Source of the DNA: an uncultured Lentisphaerota bacterium
GTDB taxonomy: Bacteria > Verrucomicrobiota > Lentisphaeria > Oligosphaerales > CAITYL01
Assembly: GCA_903896595.1 (NCBI GenBank)
Contig: CAITYL010000398.1
Coordinates: 7,084-71,083, forward strand
Direction of reading: 5' to 3'
DNA: 64,000 bases
The translations under genes and the position numbers were made by a program. Below the pieces are notes generated by a model. It was not told the DNA's origin. It did not search any database and was given only the letters and a program-made list of their open reading frames with translations. Of this stretch, positions 31,686 through 40,094 are shown piece by piece. The number at the start of each line of letters is the position of its first letter. Position 1 is the first letter of the stretch.

Positions 31686-34600
31686 TTAATTGAACAGGAA
31701 ATTCAAATCATCTTCCGTGAGCTCGCCAGTGCGCGCGGGAACGCCCGACATGACCTCGTGAATCAGGGCGCGTTTGCGTTCCTGGAGCTGGAGGATTTTC
31801 TCCTCGATCGTGCCGCGCACCACCAGCTTGACCGACGTCACCTGGCGCAACTGCCCGATACGGTGGGCGCGGTCGGTGGCCTGGTCCTCGACCATCGGAT
31901 TCCACCACTGGTCATAGTGGATCACGGTATCGGCGCCGGTAAGATTGAGGCCCGTGCCACCCGCCTTGAGGCTGAGCAGGAACACCGGGACGCCACCCTC
32001 GCGATTGAAGCGGTCCACCCGTGCCTGACGGTCCTTGGTGGCGCCATCCAGATATTCGTAAGGGATGCCGTTCTTCTCCAACCATGGCACAATCAACTTG
32101 AGCAGCGAGGTAAACTGACTGAACAGAATCACCCGGTGCCCCGAGTCAATGGATTCGAGCAGGATTTCCTGCATCAGTTCCGTTTTTGACGATGGCGGGG
32201 TGGCGCCGACGCCGGCCAGCAGTTCCTGGGGAAGCAGGAGCGGGTGGCAGCACACCTGACGCAACCGGGTAAGCAGGGCCAGGACCTGGAAGCGCTTCTT
32301 GCGCCAGCCTTCGACCTTGGCCTGACGCACCAACTCACGCCCCGCGGTCAGGAACGAATTATAGAGCCGGCTCTGACTGTGGTCCATTTCACAATACAGC
32401 ACCTGTTCGATCTTGGGCGGCAGTTCCTGGCAGACATCCGCCTTGCGCCGGCGCAGGATGAAGGGGCGCACCCGCGCGGCCAAATGCCGCCGGGCCAGCG
32501 TCCCCGCCTCGCCGTCCGTGTCTTCATAGCGGTGGCTGAAATTCTGATGGCTGCTCAGAAACCCCGGCATCAGGAAGTCGAACAGTGACCAAACCTCCAG
32601 CAACCCGTTCTCAATCGGCGTGCCGGTGAGGATGATGCGGTGGGACGCCTGCAGTTCTTTGCAGGTTTGGGCGTTGGCCGTCTGGAAGTTCTTGATATGC
32701 TGCGCCTCGTCCAGGATGACCATGTCGAACGGCTGTTCGCGGTAGTGCCGGATGTCGCGTCGCAACAGCGCGTAAGAGGTGATGATCAGGTCCTGATGAG
32801 GCAGGTCGGCGAACGCCTCGGCGCGCTGACTGCCGTGCAGGATCATGCATTTCAGCTCGGGGGTGAATCGGTTCGCCTCGTTGCGCCAGTTTTCCAACAG
32901 GCTGGTCGGACAGACCACCAGCGAGGGCGTCTTAGCGGCGCCGCTGCGCTTGCGCCAGGCCAGCAACGCCAGCGCCTGCAGGGTCTTGCCCAGTCCCATC
33001 TCGTCGGCCAGGATGCCGTGGAACCCGCAGTCCTGCAACATGCCCAGCCAGGCCACGCCTTCCTTTTGGTACCCGCGCAGGATACGTTCCAATTCCGCGC
33101 TCAGCAGCCCCTCGGCCGGTTCGACCCGTTCCCGCAAGCGGCGGCACATGTTGATCCAGTTGGTCTGGAAGCCGGCGGCGGTCTCGCCCAGCAGTCCTTG
33201 CACGGCGGGGCCGGCAAACGTGGGGAAACGCCATTTGGTGCCGTCGCGCGACAAGGTGTCGGCGTCCAGCAACCGCAACAGGTCACGCACACTTTCGGGC
33301 ACGTGTACCAGCGTCCCGCCCCCCAAGATCATGGTGGAGCGGTGGTGGCGGATCGCCTCGAGAATGCTTTCCCAAGGCACGTCCTGGCCGTCCACGGTGG
33401 TCACCCGGCATTCCAATTCAAACCAGGAAATCGTTTCGGTGGCAGGCCGAATATGCGCTTCGGCGACCCCCGCCGAGGCACGCACGCGGAGAAACTCGGG
33501 GGTCATGAAACGGTGCCAAGACGCCGGCAGGCCTTCAAACCCGGAACGGCAGAAATCCCAAATTTTCTCGACGTCTTCCAGAAACCACTCATTGCCGGCG
33601 GCAGTCAGGCGCGGCAGAAACCCGGCTTGGCGCAACCGTTCTTCGGCGGCGGTTTCCGCCGCGGGATCCCGGCTGACCAAATGACGAAGCTGTCCAGAGC
33701 CGGACGCACCCGGATCGAAACGGAATCCGGCATAGCCAAACTCCAGACGCCCAGTCACGCCACCGTCACGCCAGTCAAAATAGGCCACCGGTTCGCAGGG
33801 AACGGGCCGCACCGCGATCACCTCGCCCGCCTGTGCCGCCACGTCACGCACCAGCACGCCGCAGGTGTCGCGCGCCCCCGCCGCCAGCAAACGTTCCAGT
33901 TCCATGGCCGGCATATCCTCGGCTTCACCCCGGAGAATAAAGCGAAAGCAGGCGCCTTCGACTTGGGCAGGCAGCCACCAAAAATGTTCATTCAACCCCA
34001 GCCACCAGCCCGTGCGCCCCGCCAGGATATGCGTTTCCGTTGCCGGCAGCACGCCGATGCCCGGCGCTTCCAACAGCGGACGTACCCGCACCATCTCCGG
34101 CGTCAGCCGGCTCACTTCCAAAACGGGCTGAATGCGTTCCGGATGCAATTCCAAGCGTTGCTCACCCAGAAAAAGGTCCGGAAAGCCGACCAAGCCGTGC
34201 AGAAATTCAGCCAGTTCCAAGACTCCCATCTCCAAGCCCCCCTTCACGGGGTTGGCATTGGCCGAGAGATAGCGCATGATCTGCCGTTCGCGCGGCGAGA
34301 AATCATTCCACACCATGCCGCCCGCGGCACTCCCATTCTCCACCAGGTGCCGGATATTGGCCGCCGCATAGGCACGTCCCTTGACGTGCAGGGTCACTTC
34401 AAACAAGGCCACGGACCAGCGCCGGTCGGCCACCAGGCCGTCCCGCAGGATGCGCAGGACCAAGTGGGGCGGTTGTTCCGCATGGGGAAATAAATGGCGC
34501 ACCGACGTGGCCTGAAACATGGCCGTGGTACTGTCCGGCGTCGCCGCCGCCCGCGCCAGCGGGCTCTCCTTGACGGCGGGTTGCGCGTCCGTCTTCAGGG

Positions 34601-34931
34601 TGCCCGCCGTGGCGGCACCGGTGGGCCACCAGCCCTCCCAGCCGCCCGGGGCGTCCGGATCTTGCTGAAAAAATGCCAGTAACGCCGCTACGGAATGGGC
34701 ACACCAGCCCCGGGGTCGGCCGCATGAACAGGACGGCGCCGCCGCTTCCTTGACAAAGGAAATCTGGCTACGCTCAAAACGTCCCCGCTCGTTGGCCACC
34801 ATGCCCTGCAAGATCTTGGCATTCGGTCGGCGCAACTCCAGCACGGCTCCGGTACGAAAGAGCTTGAGCCCCTCCTCATACACGGCCCGGCCGGAAAAAC
34901 CCGTGATCCAACGTTCAAATTCCGACTGCAT
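31686..34931 (-). CDS. SWIM zinc finger-SNF2 family helicase
   Basis: N-terminal SWIM CSCGRPRGWCAH. SNF2 motifs ADEMGLGKT, DEAQHIKN, LTGTPIEN. Helicase C FLLSLKAGGTGLNLTGADTVIHYDQWWNP ... DRAHRIGQ. Confidence 0.9.
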   Translation of the reverse strand: MQSEFERWITGFSGRAVYEEGLKLFRTGAVLELRRPNAKILQGMVANERGRFERSQISFVKEAAAPSCSCGRPRGWCAHSVAALLAFFQQDPDAPGGWEGWWPTGAATAGTLKTDAQPAVKESPLARAAATPDSTTAMFQATSVRHLFPHAEQPPHLVLRILRDGLVADRRWSVALFEVTLHVKGRAYAAANIRHLVENGSAAGGMVWNDFSPRERQIMRYLSANANPVKGGLEMGVLELAEFLHGLVGFPDLFLGEQRLELHPERIQPVLEVSRLTPEMVRVRPLLEAPGIGVLPATETHILAGRTGWWLGLNEHFWWLPAQVEGACFRFILRGEAEDMPAMELERLLAAGARDTCGVLVRDVAAQAGEVIAVRPVPCEPVAYFDWRDGGVTGRLEFGYAGFRFDPGASGSGQLRHLVSRDPAAETAAEERLRQAGFLPRLTAAGNEWFLEDVEKIWDFCRSGFEGLPASWHRFMTPEFLRVRASAGVAEAHIRPATETISWFELECRVTTVDGQDVPWESILEAIRHHRSTMILGGGTLVHVPESVRDLLRLLDADTLSRDGTKWRFPTFAGPAVQGLLGETAAGFQTNWINMCRRLRERVEPAEGLLSAELERILRGYQKEGVAWLGMLQDCGFHGILADEMGLGKTLQALALLAWRKRSGAAKTPSLVVCPTSLLENWRNEANRFTPELKCMILHGSQRAEAFADLPHQDLIITSYALLRRDIRHYREQPFDMVILDEAQHIKNFQTANAQTCKELQASHRIILTGTPIENGLLEVWSLFDFLMPGFLSSHQNFSHRYEDTDGEAGTLARRHLAARVRPFILRRRKADVCQELPPKIEQVLYCEMDHSQSRLYNSFLTAGRELVRQAKVEGWRKKRFQVLALLTRLRQVCCHPLLLPQELLAGVGATPPSSKTELMQEILLESIDSGHRVILFSQFTSLLKLIVPWLEKNGIPYEYLDGATKDRQARVDRFNREGGVPVFLLSLKAGGTGLNLTGADTVIHYDQWWNPMVEDQATDRAHRIGQLRQVTSVKLVVRGTIEEKILQLQERKRALIHEVMSGVPARTGELTEDDLNFLFN

Positions 34932-35000
34932 GAGTTCCCATTCACCGTAAAGTTGGATTCGTGCGTCTCGCGCGATACCCGCCCCACCCCCGCTCCGAAT

Positions 35001-35366
35001 CTACTTGACAACCGGTGGTGGAACCGCCTTCAACAAGCCACCCGTGGCGCCCACCGTGGGCCACCAGCCCTCCCAACCGTCCGGCGCCACCGGTTCCAGC
35101 TGGATAAACGCCAGCAAAGCCGCGATGGAGTGAACACACCAGCCTCGCGGCCGGCCGCACGAACAGGAGGGCGCGGCCGTTTCTTTCATAAACGAAATTT
35201 GGCTGCGCTCAAAACGACCGCCTTCGTTGGCTACTAGGCACTGCACAATCTTGGGATTGGGACGGCTTAGTTCCAGCACGGCTCCCGCGCGAAAAAGCTT
35301 CAGTCCCTCCTCGTACACGATGCGTCCGGAAAAACCCGTGATCCAGCGTTCAAATTCGGATTGCAT
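35001..35366 (-). CDS. stand-alone SWIM-domain protein, paralog of the SNF2 helicase N-terminus
   Basis: 121 aa from ATG 35366 (MQSEFERWITGFSGR...). Roughly 85% identical by eye to residues 1-105 of 31686..34931, including CSCGRPRGWCVH. Confidence 0.7.
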   Translation of the reverse strand: MQSEFERWITGFSGRIVYEEGLKLFRAGAVLELSRPNPKIVQCLVANEGGRFERSQISFMKETAAPSCSCGRPRGWCVHSIAALLAFIQLEPVAPDGWEGWWPTVGATGGLLKAVPPPVVK

Positions 35367-35401
35367 GTTTTTTCCTTCAGCGTTAGTCGGTCCGTCAGCC
35401 T

Positions 35402-36454
35402 TCACGTTGTCACCTCCGCCACCACAGCGGCGGCTTCCCGCAACACCCGCTCCGTATCATCCCATCCCAAGCAGGCATCCGTCACCGATAATCCCGCCTG
35501 GGGCTTGCCCCCGGCGGGAATTTCCTGACGCCCACCCAGCAAATGGCTCTCCAACATGAAACCGCGAATGACCTCCGCGCCACCACGAACTTGCGCCAGC
35601 ACGTCTTGCAACACCACAATCTGGCGTTGCGGATCTTTGCCGGAATTCGCGTGACTGCAGTCCACAATCAGATTGGGGTCCACCCCCATTTTACTCAACA
35701 GCTCCTGCGCCAAGACGATATGCTCTGAGGTGTAGTTGGGCCCCTCATACCCGCCGCGCAAGACCAGATGCCCAAAACGATTGCCACGCGTGCGGAAAGT
35801 GGCCACCCGCCCGTCACCGGTCACCCCAATGAAGGTGTGGGGCGAAGCCGCCGTGCGAATGGCGTCCACCGCCACCTTCATGCTGCCGTCCGTGGTGTTT
35901 TTGAACCCGATCGGCATGGACAACCCGCTGGCCATCTGCCGATGCGTCTGGCTCTCGGTGGTCCGGGCGCCAATGGCCGCCCACGACACTAAGTCCGTAA
36001 AGTACTGGGGCACCACCGGCTCCAAAATTTCCGCCCCGGCCGGAACGCCGAGTTCATTGATATCCAAGAGAATGCGCCTGGCCAGCCGCAGCCCGGCTTC
36101 GATGTCGCAGGTGTCATTCATGGCGGGGTCATAGATCAACCCCTTCCAGCCCAACGTGGTGCGCGGCTTCTCGAAATAAACCCGCATCACCACCAGCAAC
36201 TGCCGCTCCAATTCACGGGCCAGCCGGCGCAGCCGGGTGGCGTATTCAACCGCATCCTCGCGGCTGTGAATCGAGCAGGGCCCGACAATGGCGATCAGCC
36301 GGCGGTCGCGCTGGCTCAGAATATTCTCCAGCCCTGCCCGCGCCATCACCACCGTATCGGCCGCCCGCGCGGTCAACGGCAATTCGGTCTTGATCGCGTC
36401 TGGAGGCGTTAACGGCGCGAACCGCTCGATTCTTAAATTGTCTGTGCGTACCAT
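35402..36454 (-). CDS. aroG: class I (AroG/F/H-type) 3-deoxy-7-phosphoheptulonate (DAHP) synthase
   Basis: Collinear with E. coli AroG from memory: GPCSIH, VMRVYFEKPRTT.GWKGLI.DP, GARTTESQ.HR, GFKN.TDG, DCSHANS. Start set to ATG 36454 (MVRTDNLRIERF). Isozyme specificity unknown. Confidence 0.9.
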   Translation of the reverse strand: MVRTDNLRIERFAPLTPPDAIKTELPLTARAADTVVMARAGLENILSQRDRRLIAIVGPCSIHSREDAVEYATRLRRLARELERQLLVVMRVYFEKPRTTLGWKGLIYDPAMNDTCDIEAGLRLARRILLDINELGVPAGAEILEPVVPQYFTDLVSWAAIGARTTESQTHRQMASGLSMPIGFKNTTDGSMKVAVDAIRTAASPHTFIGVTGDGRVATFRTRGNRFGHLVLRGGYEGPNYTSEHIVLAQELLSKMGVDPNLIVDCSHANSGKDPQRQIVVLQDVLAQVRGGAEVIRGFMLESHLLGGRQEIPAGGKPQAGLSVTDACLGWDDTERVLREAAAVVAEVTT

Positions 36455-36512
36455 CCGTGATCTTTCTTCCCCAACCCGACCACAACTCAAACCGTGAAAT
36501 TAACCGCCGCCC

Positions 36513-36584
36513 AACCCCTCAACCCCTCAACCCCTCAACCCCTCAACCCCTCAACCCCTCAACCCCTCAACCCCTCAACCCCTA
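36513..36584. repeat. 8-nt tandem repeat (aacccctc)x8 plus one degenerate unit; G-rich (gaggggtt)n on the minus strand
   Basis: Eight perfect units at 36513-36576 and aaccccta at 36577-36584. Lies 5 nt after the stop of 36589..37347 and 59 nt upstream of the DAHP synthase ATG. Confidence 0.95.
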
Positions 36585-36588
36585 CCCC

Positions 36589-37347
36589 TCAGAACGACAC
36601 CTTCACATCCCCCGTCATGCGGATCGGCGGCGGAATCAGCTTGAGCCCGGCCGGCGTCGCCCAGTCCCGCTCCCAGCTTCGCAGCAACAACGGCCCGGTC
36701 GGCGGCCCCCAAGGGTTGAGATCCACCAGCAACAGACGCTTGTCCGAGGTCAGATAGACATCGGCCACCAAGGTGTCCGCCGGCCACCCGGACGCCAGGC
36801 GCGCGGCAAACTCCAAGCCGCGCTCCCAAATCTCTCCAGTCCGCCCCGCCAGTCGGCGAAAATGACGTTCCAGGCAGTACTGGCTCATTGCGGCCAATTG
36901 CCGCCGGTGAATAAACAGCCGAAATTCGCGGGCCCGGTCCATGCGCCGAAAAGGGCGCACCACCAACCGGGTGGAATGCCCCTCACTCAACGCCGTCCGC
37001 ACCTGTGGACTGGTTGCCAGCAACCGCCAAGCGGTGGAGGCGGTAAAAATCCCGCGTCGCGCCTGGTACAGCGGACTGTCGGTCGGGGCGCACACATCCG
37101 CGTTCACCACACAGGCCCCGGTGAAGGCGCCCATCCCCTGTCGCAACGCCTCCACTCCCGTTCGCGCCGCGGCCGAAACGTCGTCTCCAGCCAGCAACGC
37201 CTGAATGGTGTCTGCTGACAGGGGAATGAAAACGCTGGGAAAGGTCACGTTCCCCAACGAGGCATACCACGATGAAATAGGAAAAAAATGCGGTTCCACG
37301 CTAATGCCACCCACCCAACAATCCAAAAAACCGACTCGCATGCACAA
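36589..37347 (-). CDS. CDC123/D123-like ATP-grasp family protein
   Basis: ISSWYASLGNVTFPSVFIPL, REFRLFIHRRQLAAMSQYC and VADVYLTSDKRLLLVDLNPWGPPTGPLLLRSWERDW parallel the eukaryotic Cdc123 blocks (SWY..f, EWRCFV...L.aISQ, DVYi...kv.LIDfNPf...TDpLLFsW.EL) as I recall them. Confidence 0.6.
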   Translation of the reverse strand: MCMRVGFLDCWVGGISVEPHFFPISSWYASLGNVTFPSVFIPLSADTIQALLAGDDVSAAARTGVEALRQGMGAFTGACVVNADVCAPTDSPLYQARRGIFTASTAWRLLATSPQVRTALSEGHSTRLVVRPFRRMDRAREFRLFIHRRQLAAMSQYCLERHFRRLAGRTGEIWERGLEFAARLASGWPADTLVADVYLTSDKRLLLVDLNPWGPPTGPLLLRSWERDWATPAGLKLIPPPIRMTGDVKVSF

Positions 37348-37487
37348 ACCAGGACAACCCGGTAAAAATCAGACCCTTACCATACTCCATTGATTATGTG
37401 TTTACCAGTGGCACTTGCCTTTTTCATGGACCGTGGCATGGTTACGCGCTGCCAGTGCCAAACCTACACGGCAGTTTTCACCCCCCT

Positions 37488-37573
37488 GCCCGGGTGGCGG
37501 AATGGCAGACGCTACGGACTTAAAATCCGTTGATCGCAAGGTCGTGCGGGTTCGACTCCCGCCCCGGGCACCA
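37488..37573 (+). tRNA. tRNA-Leu (anticodon UAA)
   Basis: Acceptor gcccggg/cccgggc. Anticodon stem-loop acgga-cttaaaa-tccgt (UAA). Long variable arm. T arm gcggg-ttcgact-cccgc. Encoded CCA at 37571-37573. Confidence 0.9.
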
Positions 37574-37918
37574 GCTTAACATACACAAAACAAGCATATT
37601 AGGGCACAAGAATCCGGCCATTCCGCTTTTTGGCAACTGGACTATTTGGGGGTATTTTTAGGTATGTGTAGGTAAAATAGAGGGTACATAAAGGGTACAA
37701 CCTTGAAAACACCTCAGCGGTGAACTGTATTTTAAGCTCAATGGACAGCGCCCTGGCATGCCATTGTAGCCGATTGATCTCGGGCATGGCGCTACAATGG
37801 CCAGTACAACAACCGACTGCCGCTGCCCCCAGTCTCTTGACGGCCAAACCCTCGGCGCTATGCTAGACCCGCCCGGCCGTTGTTCATGTAGCCGCGCCGG
37901 CACCGGGGCTCACAACAA

Positions 37919-38170
37919 GTGCCCATAATCGTTAAAATTGTCTCCGGCGGTCTGATCGGCGCCAACTGGGGTTGGCTTGATGCCGCCACGCACTGCCGTC
38001 TCCCCCAGGGCGGCCGGTGCCGCCCAAATTACCGGCTAACTGGGAACGACACTATCCCCGCCAGATACGAGCCACGGGAGGCACCATCCAAGGACTCCCC
38101 ACCCCACCCCGGCTCAAACGTGGTGGACTCGGACGCGACCGTCATCCTTCGGCACGGCGGACGCCTTCCA
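37919..38170 (+). pseudogene. eroded fragment of a SLOG/putative molybdenum-carrier (YpsA-like) gene
   Basis: KIVSGGLIGANWGWLDAA ... GGRCRP ... IPARY ... NVVDSDATVIL follows the family order (SGGQTGaDRaaLDaA, GGWCPkGR, iP.rY, NV.DSDgTLi), but key residues are replaced and the C-terminal half is missing. Confidence 0.4.
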
Positions 38171-38456
38171 GCTCAGCCGTGCCTGGGGCCAGGGCCTCCT
38201 CCCCGTCGCCGCCGCCTCCGTGCGAACTCCGCAAACGTGGTTCCGCGATGGCTGGGACGGACTCAGTGCCGAAGGCTTCACCGCCGACGGCCGCCTGCTG
38301 CTCTCGAATCTGCGCGCCGCGCCAACCACCTTTACCCTGACCGCCGCCGCGCCCGCTTGGGAAATCCAGGCGGTGGACGGCACTTCCCGCCTCACTGCCG
38401 CCCACCAACTCACCCTCAACCCCTGTGAACTGGCACTGGCCAAGGAATTAGTCTGA
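38163..38456 (+). pseudogene. possible C-terminal remnant of a glycoside hydrolase beta-sandwich
   Basis: The open frame reads ...WFRDGWDGLSAEGFTADGRLLLSNLRAAPTTFTLTAAAPAWEIQAVDG ... LTLNPCELALAKEL, like the C-terminal ends of the hydrolases in this window. No credible N-terminus. Confidence 0.25.
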
Positions 38457-38516
38457 CTTGTCCGACTGGTCTGACTTGTCCGACAACCCCCAACCACTCA
38501 CCAGCGTTCAAATCAC

Positions 38517-38711
38517 TTGGAGCTTCCCATGCCCCCTGACACCACCCCCCAGCAACCGCGCCGTACCTTGGCAAAACTCGCCCGCCAAGAACCGGTGACC
38601 ATCCTCGTGGTTGGCGACTCCAACAGCGTCGTCGGCCAACTCGCCTTCTTCCGTGAACTCGCCCCCCATTTCAACGTCCCCAAATACTTCTGCTGGGAAG
38701 AAGTGGAATAA
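38517..38711 (+). pseudogene. N-terminal fragment of an SGNH hydrolase
   Basis: The 64-aa ORF contains [11 protein letters not shown] (block I GDS) and then terminates. Blocks III and V are absent. Confidence 0.35.
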
Positions 38712-38715
38712 CGCC

Positions 38716-39672
38716 ATGCCAACCGCCCCAACCGCCACTCCCGCCACCCGCCGTCGCCAGCTTTACCGCTTGCTTGGCGACTTGCCGTCGCGCCGCCGGC
38801 CCATTCGCATCTTGGAACGCCGTTCGCACGGTTCCATGGATGGGTATGAAGTCGAATATATCCTGTTTGAGTTCAACGGAAGAGAACCCGTCCCGGCTTA
38901 TTACATCCGCCCGGCCGGACGGGATGGCGAACCACTCCCGGCCGTCCTTTACAACCACTGGCATGGCGGCGACTATCCGCTGGGCAAGAACGGCTTCATT
39001 CACGGCTTTGCCGGACATCCCGGCCTGCGTCCGTGGGCGGCGGAATTGGCGATGCAAGGTATTGCGGGGTTGTGCATCGACCACTGGTGCTTTGGCGAGC
39101 GCCCCAGCCGCCAGCGTGGCGAGAGCGCCGTGGCCAAGGAAATGTTATGGCGCGGGCAGACGCTCTGGGGACACATGCTCTACGACAGCCTGCGGGCGCT
39201 GGATTGGCTCGCCGCGCAACCCAATATCGATGCCACCCGGCTGGGCACCATAGGCATGTCCATGGGCAGCACCATGGCCTGGTGGCTGGCCGCGCTTGAT
39301 CCCCGGGTCGCCGTCTGCGTGGACCTCTGTTGCCTCACCGAGTTTAACGCCCTGATCCGCGCCGGCCACGTGGATTATCATAGCCTTTACTATTACGTCC
39401 CCGGCCTGCTCAAGCAGTTCACCACCGGCCACATCAATGCCCTGATCGCACCGCGCCCGCACCTCAGCCTCGCCGGCAACCTGGATGAATTAACCCCGCC
39501 CGACGGCCTTGACCAGCTTGATGGCGAACTCCGCACCGTTTACGCTGCTGCGGGCGCGCCGGACAACTGGAAGCTGTTTCGCCAGGAGATAGGCCACTGC
39601 GAAACCCCGGACATGCGCCAGGAAATCCTCGCCTTCCTCCGCCAGCATCTTGCCCAACCCCAGCCGCGCTAA
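38716..39672 (+). CDS. alpha/beta hydrolase (dienelactone hydrolase / acetyl-xylan-esterase-like)
   Basis: From ATG 38716. Nucleophile elbow GMSMGS. Overall pattern is AXE1/DLH-like (NHWHGG ... [20 protein letters not shown]). Confidence 0.75.
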   Translation: MPTAPTATPATRRRQLYRLLGDLPSRRRPIRILERRSHGSMDGYEVEYILFEFNGREPVPAYYIRPAGRDGEPLPAVLYNHWHGGDYPLGKNGFIHGFAGHPGLRPWAAELAMQGIAGLCIDHWCFGERPSRQRGESAVAKEMLWRGQTLWGHMLYDSLRALDWLAAQPNIDATRLGTIGMSMGSTMAWWLAALDPRVAVCVDLCCLTEFNALIRAGHVDYHSLYYYVPGLLKQFTTGHINALIAPRPHLSLAGNLDELTPPDGLDQLDGELRTVYAAAGAPDNWKLFRQEIGHCETPDMRQEILAFLRQHLAQPQPR

Positions 39673-39697
39673 AACCTTGTAAAACTTAAAACGTCGG

Positions 39698-39778
39698 ATT
39701 CACCACGAAGACAAATCGAAACGATGTTTTTGGTGCTCATTTTTTGACCGCGGATTACGCGGATTAACGCGGATAAAA
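39698..39778. repeat. degenerate triplet-unit arms (attcaccacgaagaca ... gtttttggtg; ccgcggattacgcggattaacgcggataaaa)
   Basis: The 39698-39740 segment is a collapsed version of the attcaccacgaag hairpin, followed by ctcatttttt. The 39748-39778 segment is a lone three-unit arm (cgcggatta) with no partner nearby. Confidence 0.6.
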
Positions 39779-39794
39779 CAACTGACGATAGACG

Positions 39795-39894
39795 CCGTTT
39801 TCAAAAGTCCAGATCACGTTGCCACCGTTGTGGAGTGCGGCCATGCCTTTGTTATGGAAAAACGTCGTTTCTTTTGAAAACGGTTATTAAGGAG
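39795..39894 (+). promoter_or_regulatory. 13-bp perfect inverted repeat plus strong Shine-Dalgarno upstream of the GH63-like gene
   Basis: ccgttttcaaaag (39795-39807) and cttttgaaaacgg (39871-39883) are separated by 63 nt. AAGGAG lies at 39889-39894. A 15-codon ORF, ATG 39843 to TAA 39888-39890, lies mostly inside the hairpin. Confidence 0.45.
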
Positions 39895-40094
39895 AAAATT
39901 TCATATATCGAAATCAGCCCACCATCATTTATGAATCGGTTGATCCCTGCGAAGTTCGCAACGGTTTCACCCGCGCCAGCCTGTATGAAGCGCTAGATGC
40001 GCGTTTCGAGTTCGGCGACGAGGTCACGCGGCAGTTCTTCCATGGCACCTATTGGCGCACGGTTCTTCCAAAAACTCGTGAGCCGAAAGGCGAG

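Noticed and set aside
32640-34493. 617-aa plus-strand ORF opposite the SNF2 helicase
   Set aside because: The minus strand encodes all the SNF2 helicase motifs. The plus-strand product is low-complexity.
36513-36584. Possible CRISPR array or coding Pro-rich repeat
   Set aside because: The units are contiguous 8-mers with no spacers, and there are no cas genes. The unit length is not divisible by 3 and the tract lies between a stop codon and the next start.
36457-37218. 253-aa plus-strand ORF beginning with PQPLNPST repeats
   Set aside because: The repeats are simply the 8-nt tandem tract read in frame, and the rest is antisense to the CDC123-like gene.
37574-37900. Integrated mobile element / att site next to tRNA-Leu
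   Set aside because: I found no integrase, no excisionase and no convincing direct repeat of the tRNA 3' end by eye. Only decayed fragments follow, so I report it as a decay zone rather than an island.
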